From Octopus vulgaris (taxonomy: Eukaryota): a stretch of DNA of 64,000 nucleotides. Below the pieces are notes generated by a model. The model was not told the origin of the DNA and searched no databases. It was given only the letters and a program-made list of their open reading frames with translations. Below, piece after piece: positions 50,666 to 64,000 of this stretch. The stretch spans positions 33,976,001-34,040,000 of the forward strand of contig OX597822.1 of the NCBI GenBank assembly GCA_951406725.2, read 5' to 3'. A program made the translations under genes and the position numbers. Positions within the stretch are counted from its first letter, which is position 1. Every line of letters starts with the position of its first letter.

Positions 50666-52327
50666 TCAAATTATAGTGTTAAATTACTTGAGGTGTTAAT
50701 ACATAGTGTTCATAAAGGCGGCAATCTGGCAGAGCTATTAGCATACCAGACAAAATGCTTAGTAACATTTCAGCTGTCCTTCTGTTCACAGTTCAGATGC
50801 TACCATGGTTGACTTTATTTTGCATCCTTTTGGGGTTGATAAATACCAGTTATGTGCAGGGGTCGATGTAGTCTACTTCCCCACCCCTCAAAATTGCTGG
50901 CCTAATGCCAAAATAAGGAATGGGTATATAGATTACATATGGGTTACTTGTACTACAAATTATTGGTTACTTAGTCTCAAGTCAGGCCTATGATCAAAAC
51001 CATGCAGCCATGACCATTTTTGGCATGCTAAGAACTACCTTATCTGATGTGTCCTTCTGTCTTTAAGATGGATGTTGTGTATGTAATTTTAGTAAGAGAA
51101 AGATTTGGCTACTATATCTAGCAAGTGTAAAGAGACTATGTAGAGGCTCTAGTTGATTTCTACATACTACTTAGTGAGTTAGAGGTATTTTGTGGTTGGC
51201 TGGTAGGTAAGTTTAAAACCTCAAAGGAACTTTGCTCAGGTAGGATCTTTTCAGATTTGTCTCTTCTTGGATTCTAGTTATGCTTTTCGTTTTAAATGTT
51301 ATCAGTAGACGTTAAAATAGTTTAATTGTTAAAAACAGTATTTAAAAGTATAGAAACCTGGAGAAACCATTTAGACAAATCATGTCATTGTTGTTATTTT
51401 TCTTTTGTGCGTGTCTGTGCTTTCTTTTTTTTTATTCTTTTTTTCATTTCATGTTGTCATATCCATCTCTTCATTTCAAGACACAAGTATTTACTTCTCC
51501 ATAAATGTCCACCTCATTTACTGAGGCGTGCCACCAAAGCCCAACTCAGAGTCGCTATAATAACAACAACCAAGCTCAAGAATACATCCTCAGCTCATCG
51601 TCGTTTTTTCATCATTTCACCATTTTCCTTTTATTGAAACACTTCTATTTGTTTTTGCCATCTCATCTTCACACCAGCTTCTTCCCACGACTCGTCATTA
51701 CTGATGAAGGCCATTGGACCTCAGAGCATTTGAAAAGTCGTTCGTTAATTTCCTCATGATGTATGTCTAATTTCTCACTGATGGCATGATGTCAACGAGT
51801 CAGCTTCCTTAGGCCAAAAGCAGAATGCTGCTTTGTCTGAACGTAAAAACCTGATATTCCTTTTGGCTTTCTCTTATATCATTCATGTTCCTTTGAATTT
51901 TATTTCCATTTTAATTGATTTTTTAAAAACTTCTGTTTCTTTCTTACTTCTAAGAAACATATTGCTCGCACTTATTGTATGTTTGCTTTCACTAAAATTA
52001 TCTGTGCACCTTTTCATTTCCTTGTGTGATGCAAAGTAATTCATTATATAGATGTGTGTGTGTGTGTGTCTATACATGCACACATACATTGTTGTAAGGT
52101 ACACAGAAAACATAATTAGTATTTTTAAGCTTTATATGATAGACACACACTTCCTCAGTATTATTGTAAACAACACAAGATGATGTTTGTTGCATGTCCT
52201 TGTCCTTGTACACTCCAGTCATACATGTTGTATGTAAATGAGATGGTATACCAGAATAAAAGAGGATAGAAGGCGAGATAGTAGGATAATGTTCGGCACA
52301 CTTTTGATTATTTTAAAATTGTGTTTG

Positions 52328-52399
<72 letters not shown>

Positions 52400-52728
52400 C
52401 GCAGGAGTGGCTGTGTGGTAGGTAGCTTGCTTACCAACCACATGGTTCTAGGTTCAGTCCCACTGTGTGGCACTTTGGGCAAGTGTCTTCTACTATAGCC
52501 TCGGGCTGACCAAAGCCTTGTGAGTGGGTTTGGTAGGCGGAAACTGAAAGAAGCCTGTCGTATATATGTGTGTCTGTGTTTGTCCCCGTAACTTAGTGGT
52601 TCGGCAAAAGAGGCCAATAGAATAAGTACTAGGCTTAGAAAGTAAGTCCTGGGGTCGATTTGCTCAACTAAAGGCGGTGCTCCAGCATCGCCGCAGTCAA
52701 ATGACTGAAACAATTAAAAGACTAAAGA

Positions 52729-52759
<31 letters not shown>

Positions 52760-55149
52760 GATACATGCACACACATGGTAGAGAAGCTAGGTTGTACTCG
52801 TAATAAACCCAAACTGAGTACTCACCCATCTAACCTCTGGTAACATAGAGAAATGGGCATCGCACATACAAATATTTTAGATAGACTTGCTGTTGGCGCT
52901 ACCGTAATAATCTAGAGTTCATTGAATTAGTTCTAAAATCGAAATTAAATTAATTAAAGTTGAGGTGTGGTTTTAGTGTCACAAACATTAGCTAATTAGC
53001 TTACGTAAATAAAGCGGTGTAAATGCCGTAAAATACATCTAGTGGGAGAGACAATTATTTCGAGATGTTTGTCTGTTAAGCTCTTGTATTTTTGCCATTA
53101 TTTTTTTCTTTTTTTTTTTTTATGTGGTCATAGTGGTATTTGGCTAAGAACTGATCTTCAATCCTGCAAGGCATGTTGTCTTGAAAGATCAAATTGCTGA
53201 GCTATCCAAGCAAGATATAGTATTTGTAAAACCCTCTCAGTAATTGCATTGTACACTTTACCTTACACTTTCACCCATTAATGCATAACGTTTAATTTCC
53301 ATTCTCAGTTTATTACAAATTAATAACACGAAAAATAAAAAGTGAGGGCGATAAAAGTTATAAAGCTTCTTACCAGACTGGCATGGCTGTGTGGTAAGAA
53401 GTTTGCTTCCCAACCACAAGGTTCTGAGTTCAATCCTACTGTGTGTCACTTTGGGCAAGTGTCTTCTACTAAAGCTTCAGGCCAACCAAAGCCTTGTGAA
53501 TGGATTTGGTAGGCAGAAACTGAAAGAAGACTATCTTATGTATGTGTGTGTGTCTTAGTGTTTGTTTCCCCGGCATCACTTGACAACCAGTATTGGTTTG
53601 TTTGTGTCCCCATTGCTTAACATTTTGGCAAAAGAGTCCAATAGAATGAGTACTAGGCTTTTTAAAAAAATCAGGTACTGGGGTCGATTTGTTCAACTAG
53701 GATTCTTCAAGGCAGTGCACCCAGCGTAGCTGCAGTCTAATAACTGAAACAAGGGAAAGATAAAAGATATCAGTTTGGGGTCATAAAAAGTTAAAATTAA
53801 AATACTTCATGTTTTATGATTGTCTTGTTTTGTGGGAACACCGAATATTAATGGGTTGATCTGCTGCTATTTTAAATCTAGCTGAAGGAAAGATGTTTCT
53901 TTAAACTCTAGGTTTAAGGCTTTGCATTTCTCATGGCATGCAAGCTGTACAAAGCTTAAGCAAATATCCCCTTTTAGCAATCATAGCAAGAGATTCAATA
54001 ACTGTAAATCCAGGGGTTCTCATCTGTTTTTTTTGTCTATGGACCCTTTTGATTAATATTTCATTCTAGTGGACCCCTATAGCCATTTGATGTTTAAAAA
54101 CTAGTTTTATAGATACTTCTTTCAAAATTCCTACTTTGTTTTTCACACGTTAGAGGCAAGTGCATGTTGAGTGAAATGATGATAGAAGCTCGACTGGTCA
54201 CTTATTTTATCTAACCCAGTTGGACAAAAAGCTAAATTAGTCCTTGGTAGGATTTGAATTCTCATTATAAATAAAAAAGAATATACTTAGCTAAACAGCG
54301 CTGGTATTTAATCCTTCATGTTACTACTGCTACACTCTCCACACTACCTGCTAAAAAATAGCAATAATAATAATAATAATGACTTATTTTATTTTTTTAA
54401 ATAATAATTTCTTTTAATAATGATAATAATAATAATAATTATTATTATTATTATTATAATTCCCTTAAAATTTGAAATTGCAAGAGTTTGGAATATGAAA
54501 ATTGTTAAGGATGTACCTAGAATAATCAGTGCATTGGGAACTGTAAACAAATAGTAAAATCAATAATAATAATAATAATAATAATCCTTTCTACTGTAGG
54601 CACAGGGCATTAAATATAGGGGAATGAGCTTGTTGATTACATCGACCCCAGTGCTTGACTGGTACTTAATTTATTGACCCCAAAAGGGTGGGTGGCTAAG
54701 TTGACCTTGTGGAATTTGATCTCAGAACATAAAAACGGGTGAAATGCTGCTTATCATTTTGTCTGGTATGCCAATGATTCTGCTAGCTCTCCACCTTATT
54801 ATTATTACTATTATTATCATTATTATTATTATTAATAATAATAATGATAATAATAATAATAATGGTTTCAAGTTTTGGCACAAGGCCAATAAATTTAAGG
54901 GAAGGGGATAAATCAATTACATCAACCCTAATGTTCAACTGGTACAACAACAATGATAATAATAATAATAATAAAACTTATAATGTTCTAGCTGGCCTTT
55001 TAAAAGTATAGTATTTATTATTACATTTTTCACTTGATTGTCTCTTTCATAAATCAACATCTTCTCCTCTATATGCCTCCCCACTTTTCCTCTTTGTCCA
55101 ACACCCCTGCCCCAGTTCTTCATCATAGTGGTTTTATTGTCGTTTAATT

Positions 55150-55273
55150 TTCTCTTTCTCCAGATGCACATATCAAAGGCTCCCAACCAATCTAGATCGT
55201 TCTTGCTTAGAGTCCAGCTCTCGCAGCCAAATAAGGCAACGCTCCAGATTAGGGTTTTTATATTTTTCTTCAT
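55150..55273 (-). mobile_element. RTE LINE reverse-transcriptase C-terminal fragment
   Basis: IKTLIWSVALFGCESWTL...LGAFDMCIWRK matches the RTE YGCESWT...AFEMWCWRR motif. Confidence 0.7.
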
Positions 55274-55691
55274 AATCTTAACCTATTATCTCCTTGTTAG
55301 AAAAATTCTCTCCTCTCTGCCAAAGCTGTCCTTCACTAATTAATGCAGATTGCAAACTCTGGTCGTTAAATCCATTTGACCTTGCAACAATTCTATATTT
55401 CTGCTCAGTGCACCTGGTATACTAACTACTTTCAAGCAAACTTGTATAATCCTCACCTTTATTATTATTATTTTTTTTTTCTAACTTTTCTTTGTTCGCA
55501 TTTTATTTTTTTGCTATTTTTGGATTTGCATGACTCTTCTATCATTAGTACATGTGTGTATGTGTGTGTGTGTATACATATATATACACACACACATACA
55601 TATATGGAGATATGTTTGTATATATGTGTGTATAAATGTATAGATGCATGTATATAAATAAGTAAATATATATATTATATATATATGTATA

Positions 55692-55736
<45 letters not shown>

Positions 55737-55999
55737 ATTGTGTGTGTATGTATTGTTGACTTCATGAAAACTTTGAAACCTTTGAGAGAACATGAAATAA
55801 TTCCGTATTGGAACAGTGAGCCTCGAAGCAGCAGAAGCTATAAATAATAGCATGTAGATACAGGTTTTAAAAAGTTTACTTTTTTTTTTCTATCCAAACA
55901 TTTTTTTAAACCAAATATTTGCTTTTGGTTATTTATAACTTTATCTGCTGTTGAGGTTCACCACTGACTGCTTATTTCTTTGAGATTGGTCAAACGATG

Positions 56000-56047
56000 T
56001 AGACACCTGATGAGAACCCAGTAAGGTTTGAAAATCAATTAAGTCTG
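56000..56047 (+). ncRNA. Hammerhead ribozyme motif in CDK11 intron (sense strand)
   Basis: AGACAC-CTGATGA(56007-56013)-GAACC-CAGTAA-GGTTT-GAAA(56030-56033)-ATCAAT-TA-AGTCT. Confidence 0.55.
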
Positions 56048-57228
56048 CTCATCATTTTATCAATCTATAGATGAATTGTTGAATTTGCCATTTTTGTTTT
56101 TCTATTTCTATTATCTAGGTTTGTGTTTGTGTAGTGTGTGTGGTGTGTACACTCAAGGAGGAACTCCAGTTTCATGTTACAAACAAAGATATTTGGCCTG
56201 GTTTGACCTCTTAGCTTACTTCAATCATCTGGCTTTCTTGGCAAATGTTACCAAAATAGTTTCACTTTTCTCACTTAGTATTACTAAAATAATTTCATTT
56301 TCTTGCATATGCTGCATACTTTTCACACAGTATCATTGCTTTCTTTGGTCATTGGGCAGTGATATTGCCTGGTGGCTGAAGTAATTGAAGAAGCAAAAAA
56401 CTTTGTATGAAACTAGGCCACATACCTTTGTATCATGAACTTGAATTGCTCTTTGGAAGCATTAAGTTACAGATAACAACATTTATAATTCATAAAGGTA
56501 TTGAAAAGTTTCAATTGCTGAACGTATCAACAAAGAACAGCACACATATATATGCATGTATCTGTGTATGTATGTGTGCTTATGTATTTATATTTTATAT
56601 ACGGGTAAATGTGTGTGTGCGTATGTATGTTTGTATTTATATTCTTAGACATTTGTATGAGAGAGTGTAAGTACAAGTTTATACCATTTATTCCCTCCAT
56701 ATGTTTCACCACTGTGGTTATTTGCAATCACTGGATTGGATGTTCCATGTTCAAATTGGATGCTTAACCACACACATTTGATCTCTGCAACATCATCATC
56801 ATCATCGTTTAACATCCGTTTTCCATGCTAGCATGGGTTGGACGGTTCAACTGGGGTCTGGGAAGCCAGAAGGCTGCGCCAGGCCCAGTCTGATCTGGCA
56901 GTGTTTCTACAGCGGGATGCCCTTCCTAACGCCAACCACTCTGAGAGTAGTGAAATGTTCCCCTGATGCTCTGTTGAGGTTCAGCATCCAATTACACTTG
57001 GAACATCCAGTGTAGCGATTGTACATAATCACAATGATGAAACCTATGTAAGGAGCAAATGATATAAACTTGAGTTTATCATTTTATCATAATGTTTTCT
57101 ACATTTGTTTTGCATATCATAACCAGTAATACTGCCAAGTACTGTAGTAACTGTACTGCTATACAGGTAGCAGACTTGATGATGATATTCAACCTGGAAC
57201 TCTTAACTCAACTGTAGCAGTCTTACAT

Positions 57229-57260
<32 letters not shown>

Positions 57261-57504
57261 CGGCGAGCTGGCAGACACGTTAGCGTGCCGGGCGAAATGC
57301 TTAGCGGTACTTCGTCTGTCATTACGTTCTGAGTTCAAATTCCGCCGAGGTCAACTTTGCCTTTCATCCTTTCGGGGTCGATAAATAAAGTACCAGTTTC
57401 GCACTGGGGGCGATATAATCGACTCAATCCCTTCGTCTGTCCTTGTTTGTCCCCTCTATGTTTAGCCCCTTGTGGGCAGTAAAGAAATATATGTATATAT
57501 ATAT

Positions 57505-58163
57505 CAGGGATGTGCTGCCTGGGTAGGCAAGGTAGGCAGTGCCTACCCTGAATAAAATAGATTGATTGCTGCAACATTTTCCTTTTATGACAAAATATGC
57601 ACCTAATTCAATAAAATTATGAAGGTTACTCTGATTACTATGCATAAAATGCAAAATATTTTAATTTTCTGTACATTCATCATCATCATCGTTAAACATC
57701 CGTTTTCCGTGCTAGCACGGGTTGGATGGTTTGACTGGGGTCTGGGAAGCCAGGAGGCTGCACCAGGCTCCAGTCTGATCTGGCAGTGTTTCTACAGCTG
57801 GATGCCCTTCTTAATGCTAACCACTCCGTGAGTGTAGTGGGTGCTTTTTAGTGTCACCGGCACAGGTGCCAGGGAAGGCTGGCAGCGGCCACGATCGGTT
57901 GGTGCTTTTTACGTGCCACCGGCACAGAAGCCACTCAAGGCGCTGGCAAATTATGTAGGCATAATTCACCCCTGTCTTTCAATCTCAGTATTAAAACTAC
58001 ACTTAGTACTGCTGTGGTACACATGCTGCGTACATTCCTACGTTTTCTTTACGCATTATAAAGGCAGAAGTAAATCTGCCTACAACTCAGTCGCGTGCCT
58101 GTGTTTTACTCCATAAACATCACCAGCTGCCTATCCTGAGTAATTACTCATGGCACATGCCTG
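57505..58163. mobile_element. hAT-like MITE with a nested RTE fragment
   Basis: TIRs CAGGGATGTGC / GCACATGCCTG; ATATATAT on both sides (possible 8-bp TSD); RTE tail inserted at ~57677-57950. Confidence 0.65.
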
Positions 58164-59319
58164 ATATATATGTTTATATATCTTATGACTATATAGGCAC
58201 AGGAGTGGCTATATGGTCATAAGGCACTGGAGTGGCTGTGTGGTAAGTAGCTTGCTTACCAACCACATGGTTCTGGGTTCAGTCCCACTGCAGGCACCTT
58301 GGGCAAGTGTCTTCTACTATAGCCTCAGGTTCACCAAAGCCTTGTGAGTGGTTTTTGGAGATGGAAACTGAAAGACGCTCGTCGTATATATTCATGTGTG
58401 TGTGTGTATGTGAACATGTTTATCTGTGTTTGTCCCCCCAACATTGCTTGACAACTGATGTTGGTGTATTTGTGTCCCTGTAACTTAGTGGTTCAGCAAA
58501 ATTGACCAATAGAATATGTACTAGGCTTACAAAGAATAAGTCCTGGGATCGATTTGCTCAACTAAAGGTGGTGCTCCAGCATGACTGCAGTCAAATGACT
58601 GAAACAAATAAAAAAAAATATGTATTATCATCGTGAGTGTTTAATGGCCATAGTTCATGCTAGAATAGCTTTTACAGTATCTAATGGGCCCAAGGATTGC
58701 ATTGTGCTCCAGTGATTACTTTGGCATGGCATCTATGGCTGGATGCCCTTCCTAATGCCAGTCACTTTATGCCTTTGTATTAAGTGGCTTTTTTGTGCCA
58801 CTAGCACTAGTAAGGTCATCTTGGAATGTTGCAAGGCTGAGCTCTGACAGGGAAACCCTATATTACAAGATGAGGGGTAAAAGTGGGTGAAAGTAAGGAG
58901 GAAGGACCAGAGCAGAAAGGATTTCTTGTAGAGGAGCTACATGACTACTCACATTTCAGAAGAGGAGGTCGGAGTAATTGGGTGGGACTGGATGGAGAGT
59001 GATTGGTGGGAAGTAGATGACTGACCGTGCTGAACAGCAGAATAGTAATGATGGAAGAGTAGACAGGAGAAGGATGAGAGAGGCATGATATTGGGTAGGT
59101 TACAGGAGTGGGTGAGGAAGAGAGAGGCAAGCATGCATAAGGAGGGTGAGAAACATGGTGGTGGAGGAAGGGAGGGTGTTGTTGACTCAGTGGGGTGGCG
59201 GTGGTGCAATCAAAGAAAGTATGGGTGAAGAAAATAGTATTAATAGATGAAGGGTAAATAACAAGTGAAAATGTTTTGGGTAGTAAGTAGTTTCAACAAA
59301 GAGCTGCAGTTAGGTGGGT

Positions 59320-59697
59320 GGTGGATTGTGACTTGTCTGTCTATGTGAATCACTTTGTACATTCACTGCTGGTTCATGTCAGCGGCCACAGTTCATGGTT
59401 GCCCACTGCATGGTTTGTCTTCAGTGCTGGTTTCCCCTGCTTTAAACTTCTTTGTCCATCTCTGCACATTTTATGGTGTCATCTCCATAAAACAGCTCAT
59501 AGCTTCTGTGGATGTCAGACAGCCTGCATTCCTCTTTTTTCCAAGAAATGGAAAGTGTTTCTTTTTGGAATCCATTATTGGCCTCCACTGAAGAAGACTG
59601 GCTATAGAGGAAGAGTTACTTGGTTAACTTGTGCAGTTTGAATGATGTGTAGCAGTTAACATGTTATGTTCACTTTTGCATTACTTTCAGCAGTACC

Positions 59698-59702
<5 letters not shown>
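59320..59702 (-). mobile_element. Decayed mariner-like fragment
   Basis: Minus-strand terminus TA|TGAGGGTACTGCTGAAAGTAATG resembles a mariner TIR. Confidence 0.35.
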
Positions 59703-59739
<37 letters not shown>

Positions 59740-62700
59740 ATAATCTGCTTGTTTGTTTGCTTTGTTATACTGTAGTTAGTCAGAGAGGTTGAGGTGGAGT
59801 AAAAGTGTGTGTGTGAGAGAGATGGAGGGGGGTGAGCAAAGAAGAAAGAAGTGAGGAAGAAGTAGAGAAAGAGGCCAATGAGGCCAAATGTCTCACGTGG
59901 TTAGTTGAAGGGAGAGGTGAAGAGTGAGAGAAAAGAGGGAGAGAGAAGTGTTAATGACGTGCTGTAGTGTGGGGAGAGAAAGAGATATGTTTAGGATATT
60001 TTTAGCAGAGGGTAATGTTCTGGTGGTGAGATTAAAGGAAGGCGGATAAAGACAGATAGGTAGGGGAGGCAGTTACATAAAGAAAGGGATATTTAGGGAG
60101 AATTAGTGGCACTGAGAGACGAAGAGAAAGAGAGAAATGTCAGAGACATGAAGATGGGATTTACATGGTTAAAAAAGTTTTTTGGAGAGGTAGAGAGAAA
60201 GAGTGAAATATAAAGTGCTAAGTAGAGGGAAATTTAAAAATATAATATATTATTGTAACTGGAAGTGAAATACTTAGCAAAATAAAAATAAAAATGTGAA
60301 TCATCCTTTCTATCTTAAATAGCTTCTCTTAATCTTTTTCGTTCTGTGGAATTTCCATGGGTCCCACTAGTGTGTGTATAGTTATTCAGTCATATATACA
60401 TTTGAACTTCTCTGAAAATTACTCAGCTACAAGCATTGCCAGTGCAGTCATTCTCCCGTCGGTGGGTCAGCTGCTGGTTTTGCATGCAGTAAAATGTCCT
60501 TTAATTGAAAAACTGGTAAGGTTGTCAGGAAGGGCATTTGTCTCTGAAATAATTCCTCAGTAATATATTTGTCTAACTAGCATTGAAAAGCACACAGTGA
60601 ATGAATAGTATATATACATACATATGTACATGTATGTCATCATCATGTCTTTAGTCCATGTTGGCATGGGTTGGACGGTTTGACTAGGCTGGCACGCTGG
60701 AAGGCTGCGCCAAGCTTCTGTCTGATTTGGCATGGTTTTCTATTGCTGGATGCCCTTCTTAATGCCGACCACTCCGAGAGCGTAATGGGTGCTTTTACGT
60801 GCTACTGGCACGGGTATCATTTGCATGACACTGGTATCTGCCACGGCTGCGATTTTGCTTGGTTTGATGGGTCTTCTTCTCAAGCACAACATAATGCCAA
60901 AGGCTTTGGTCATTGCCTCCGTGAGGCCCAACACTTGAAAGGAACTTGGCCACTTTGCCTCCATGAGGCCCAACGCCCGAAAGCAACTCATGCAATATAT
61001 ATGGCTTTGTAGTTCATTTCCCAAACATGTGGCTTAGGGTCCAGTTCCACTGCATGGCACCTTTGTACTATAACCCTGGGCTGATCAAAGCCTTGTAAGT
61101 GGCTTTGGTAAACAGAAAGTGAAAGGAGCCTTTGCAAGTGAACGTTTGTGTTTGTGCCTCCTCTTGGCATCATGCAGTAGTTATAAATAAATGTCAGTGT
61201 CATACGAGTAGTATTCCTCTTTTCTAATCTTTTGTGAAAACCTGTCTGGTATTACATTGCTTGGAAATAGGTGAGGGTTAGAGACCTCAGCTACTGCAGT
61301 TAACATAATTGACTGTAGAAATCTTCCAAATGAGAGTTCTTATGCTTATATCAGTAATCAATATTTACTCATTGTGTGATAAGTTGTGCATTGTATTGAT
61401 CAGTGAGGGATTAGCTCTATTGACTTCTGTTGAGTTGCCTCTATAAGCTGTGTAGCCTGCTGCCAGATCTGAACTGAACTAAGTGGAAAACAAAGCACTC
61501 TGTACCTTTGCTTTTTAACAACAGTTTACTACACCTCCTTGTCATATCTGTTGCCAGCCCCAACATGAGAGTGAGCCTTAACGTGGTCACTCAATCTGCT
61601 AGAAATAGTAGCTAAATCTCCTTCAAATCATACCCCCATAGTCTTAGGAAACGACACATTAGGTAATGTGATTCTAGGTTCCATAGACATAGGAGAAAGA
61701 TGGTTGATGACGGCCAGATTACCTTTGATCGTAAGCCTGCTCAATCAGGACTGACCTGATGCTAAACATTGACAACATTTTGCTGTAAATTGTTGAGTAT
61801 CTTAGCTGAAGCAGTATATACAGGGATACAGACTGCACTGACCTGGCCAACTGTACTTCTCTCTTTCTCTCTCATATGCACACAGGCACACACGCAGTCC
61901 TTGTTTTCAAACTTATAGATGTGGCTGATGCCAGTGTCGCTTGAATGATACATAAAAGGCACCTTTGAACGTTGGGTGATGTACTGTGCTTAAGAAAACC
62001 TGTCAAGCCAAGTGAAATCGTAGTTGTAGCTGATGCCTGGCGCCCATGCCGGTGGCATCTAAAAAGCACCGTTCGAACATTGTGCCTCATGGAAGCTGTG
62101 ACAGGTGACCGAAACCGTTGTCGATATACCATACTTGAGAAGTCTGGTCGAGCCAACTGAGATCATAATTGTGGCCGATGCTGGTGGCACATGAAGAGCA
62201 CCATTTGAGCATTGAGCCTTACGGAGACAATGACAGATGATTGAGACCTTTGTCAATATACCGTGCTTGAGAAGACCTATCAAGCCGCTGCTGGTATGTA
62301 AAAAGTACTGTTCGAGCATTGAGCCTCACAGCATCCAGCTGTTGAAACCATACCAAATCAAATAGGAACCTGGTGCAGCTCTCTGGCTTACCAGTTCTCT
62401 GTCAAACCATCTAACCCATGCCAGCATGGAAAACAGATGATAAATAATGATGATAGATGTATGTTACTGTGGGATGAAAGAACAAAACTGGTGTATTTAT
62501 GTCCCTGTAACTTAGCGGTTAGGCAAAAGAGACTGATAGAATAAGTCCTGGGGCCAATTTCTTTGACTAACACCCTTTAAGGCAGTGCTTCAGCATGCCC
62601 GAAATCAGATGACTGAAACAAATAAAAGAATTATATACGATATTGCGTGATCGACCTGACTATCAGATGGTGTTATACATCACTGGTCACAATGCGCTTT

Positions 62701-64000
62701 GTATCATTGTAGCTTTTGAATGATGCCACCCCACTTGCTAGGTGAGCAAGCCAACATTGCCCCTGATCAGAATGCTAGTCTGTCATAGAGTGACCCATTT
62801 ACAACTGGGTGAACTGGTGCAACATGAAATGAAGTGCTTTGCTCAAGAACACAATGCACTACCTAATCCAGGAATTGAACCTATGACTGCTAGATTGTTA
62901 TATAAAAACATATGATAATGCAAGTGATCGAGACCTTTGGCGATATATCATGCTGGAGAAGACCTATCAAGTCAAGTGTCGTGGCCAGTGCTGGTGTTAC
63001 GTAACTGCCACCCATGCTGGTGGCATGTAAAAAGCACCCACTTCACTCTTGAAGTTGTTGGCATTAGGAAGGGCATGGAACCTGGTGCTGTAACTTGATT
63101 TAGAAGACAAGGTACACAGACAAGGCAGCGAGCTGGTAGAAACATAAGTACACCGGGCGAAATGTGTAGCCGTATTTTGTCTGCCGTTATGTTCTGAGTT
63201 CAAATTCCGCCGAGGTCGACTTTGCCTTTCATTCTTTTGGGGTCGATATATTAAGTACCAGTACCATATAATCGACTTAATCCGTTTGTCTGTCCTTGTT
63301 TGTCCCCTCTGTGTTTAGCCCCTTGTGGGTAGTAATGAAATAGGTACACAGATAAAAAGTGTCCCATAACCCCTTGAAGACCTTGTTTCTGTGGAAGTTA
63401 ACAGAACTCGTCTCTCTCGAAACTGCAATCATAGGAAGACTGTGAATCGGTGTGGTAAACTAAGGCATCTCTTTGTGATTAAGAAGCTTGCTTTTCAACC
63501 GTGTGGTTTCATGGTTAGGGGTTCAAACCCACTGTGCGGTGCCTTGGACAAATCTCTTCCATTGTAGCCCTGAGCTGACCAATGCTTTGCAAGTGAATTT
63601 GTAAATGGAAACTGTTTAGAAGCTTATTGTGTGTGTGTGTGTGTATATATATATACACACACATATATATTTATATGTGTATGTGTGTGTATGTATATAT
63701 ATATATATGTGTGTGTGTGTATATATGTTTGAGTGTGATAGAGTTTAAGGTTGCCCTCCCCACATTTAACAACTGGTGTTGGTTTGTTTATGTCTCCCAT
63801 AACCTAGAAGTTTGGCAAAAGAACCTGATACAGTAGAGACTAGGCTTTAAACATATATATATACTGTAGTCAATTTGTTTGACTAAACCCTTTAAAACAG
63901 TGCTCCAGCATGGCTAGAGTGCACTGGCTGAAACAAGTAAAAGATAAATGATTTAATGATGTCTCTGGGATTTTACTATTTGCATTGGTTATTGCAGACA

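Noticed and set aside
52238-52300. RIKEDRRRDSR stretch as CDK11 exon
   Set aside because: No pyrimidine tract before the nearest AG and no good donor; cannot be supported.
58860-60230. Purine-rich blocks (also ~19330-19720 and ~46680-47030) as coding RE-rich exons
   Set aside because: Frequent stops and no splice framework; low-complexity or decayed repeat.

Overview
AT-rich, repeat-dense eukaryotic DNA. The repeat families and microsatellites look like those of an octopus (coleoid cephalopod); this is recognition by eye, not a database result. The only protein-coding gene I can support is the 5' part of a CDK11/PITSLRE-like kinase on the + strand. It has three phase-compatible coding exons (31769-31950, 34031-34173, 44613-44757) and a candidate promoter/first exon near 27.3-29.2 kb; the kinase domain would lie beyond the window. 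The rest is tRNA-derived SINEs, 3' ends of RTE and CR1-group LINEs, Helitron-type and TIR MITEs, a 210-bp tandem array and microsatellites. The most notable pattern is about ten minimal type-I hammerhead-ribozyme-like motifs in Penelope-like elements next to (TA)n tracts. One is fused behind a tRNA-Arg(CCT)-derived Pol III head, three have a long stem II, and two lie on the sense strand of CDK11 introns. There are also many fold-back inversions, including a near-perfect 216-bp palindrome in a CDK11 intron. Repeat boundaries are approximate unless TSD/TIR ends are quoted. Most ORFs in the supplied track are repeat or microsatellite artefacts.
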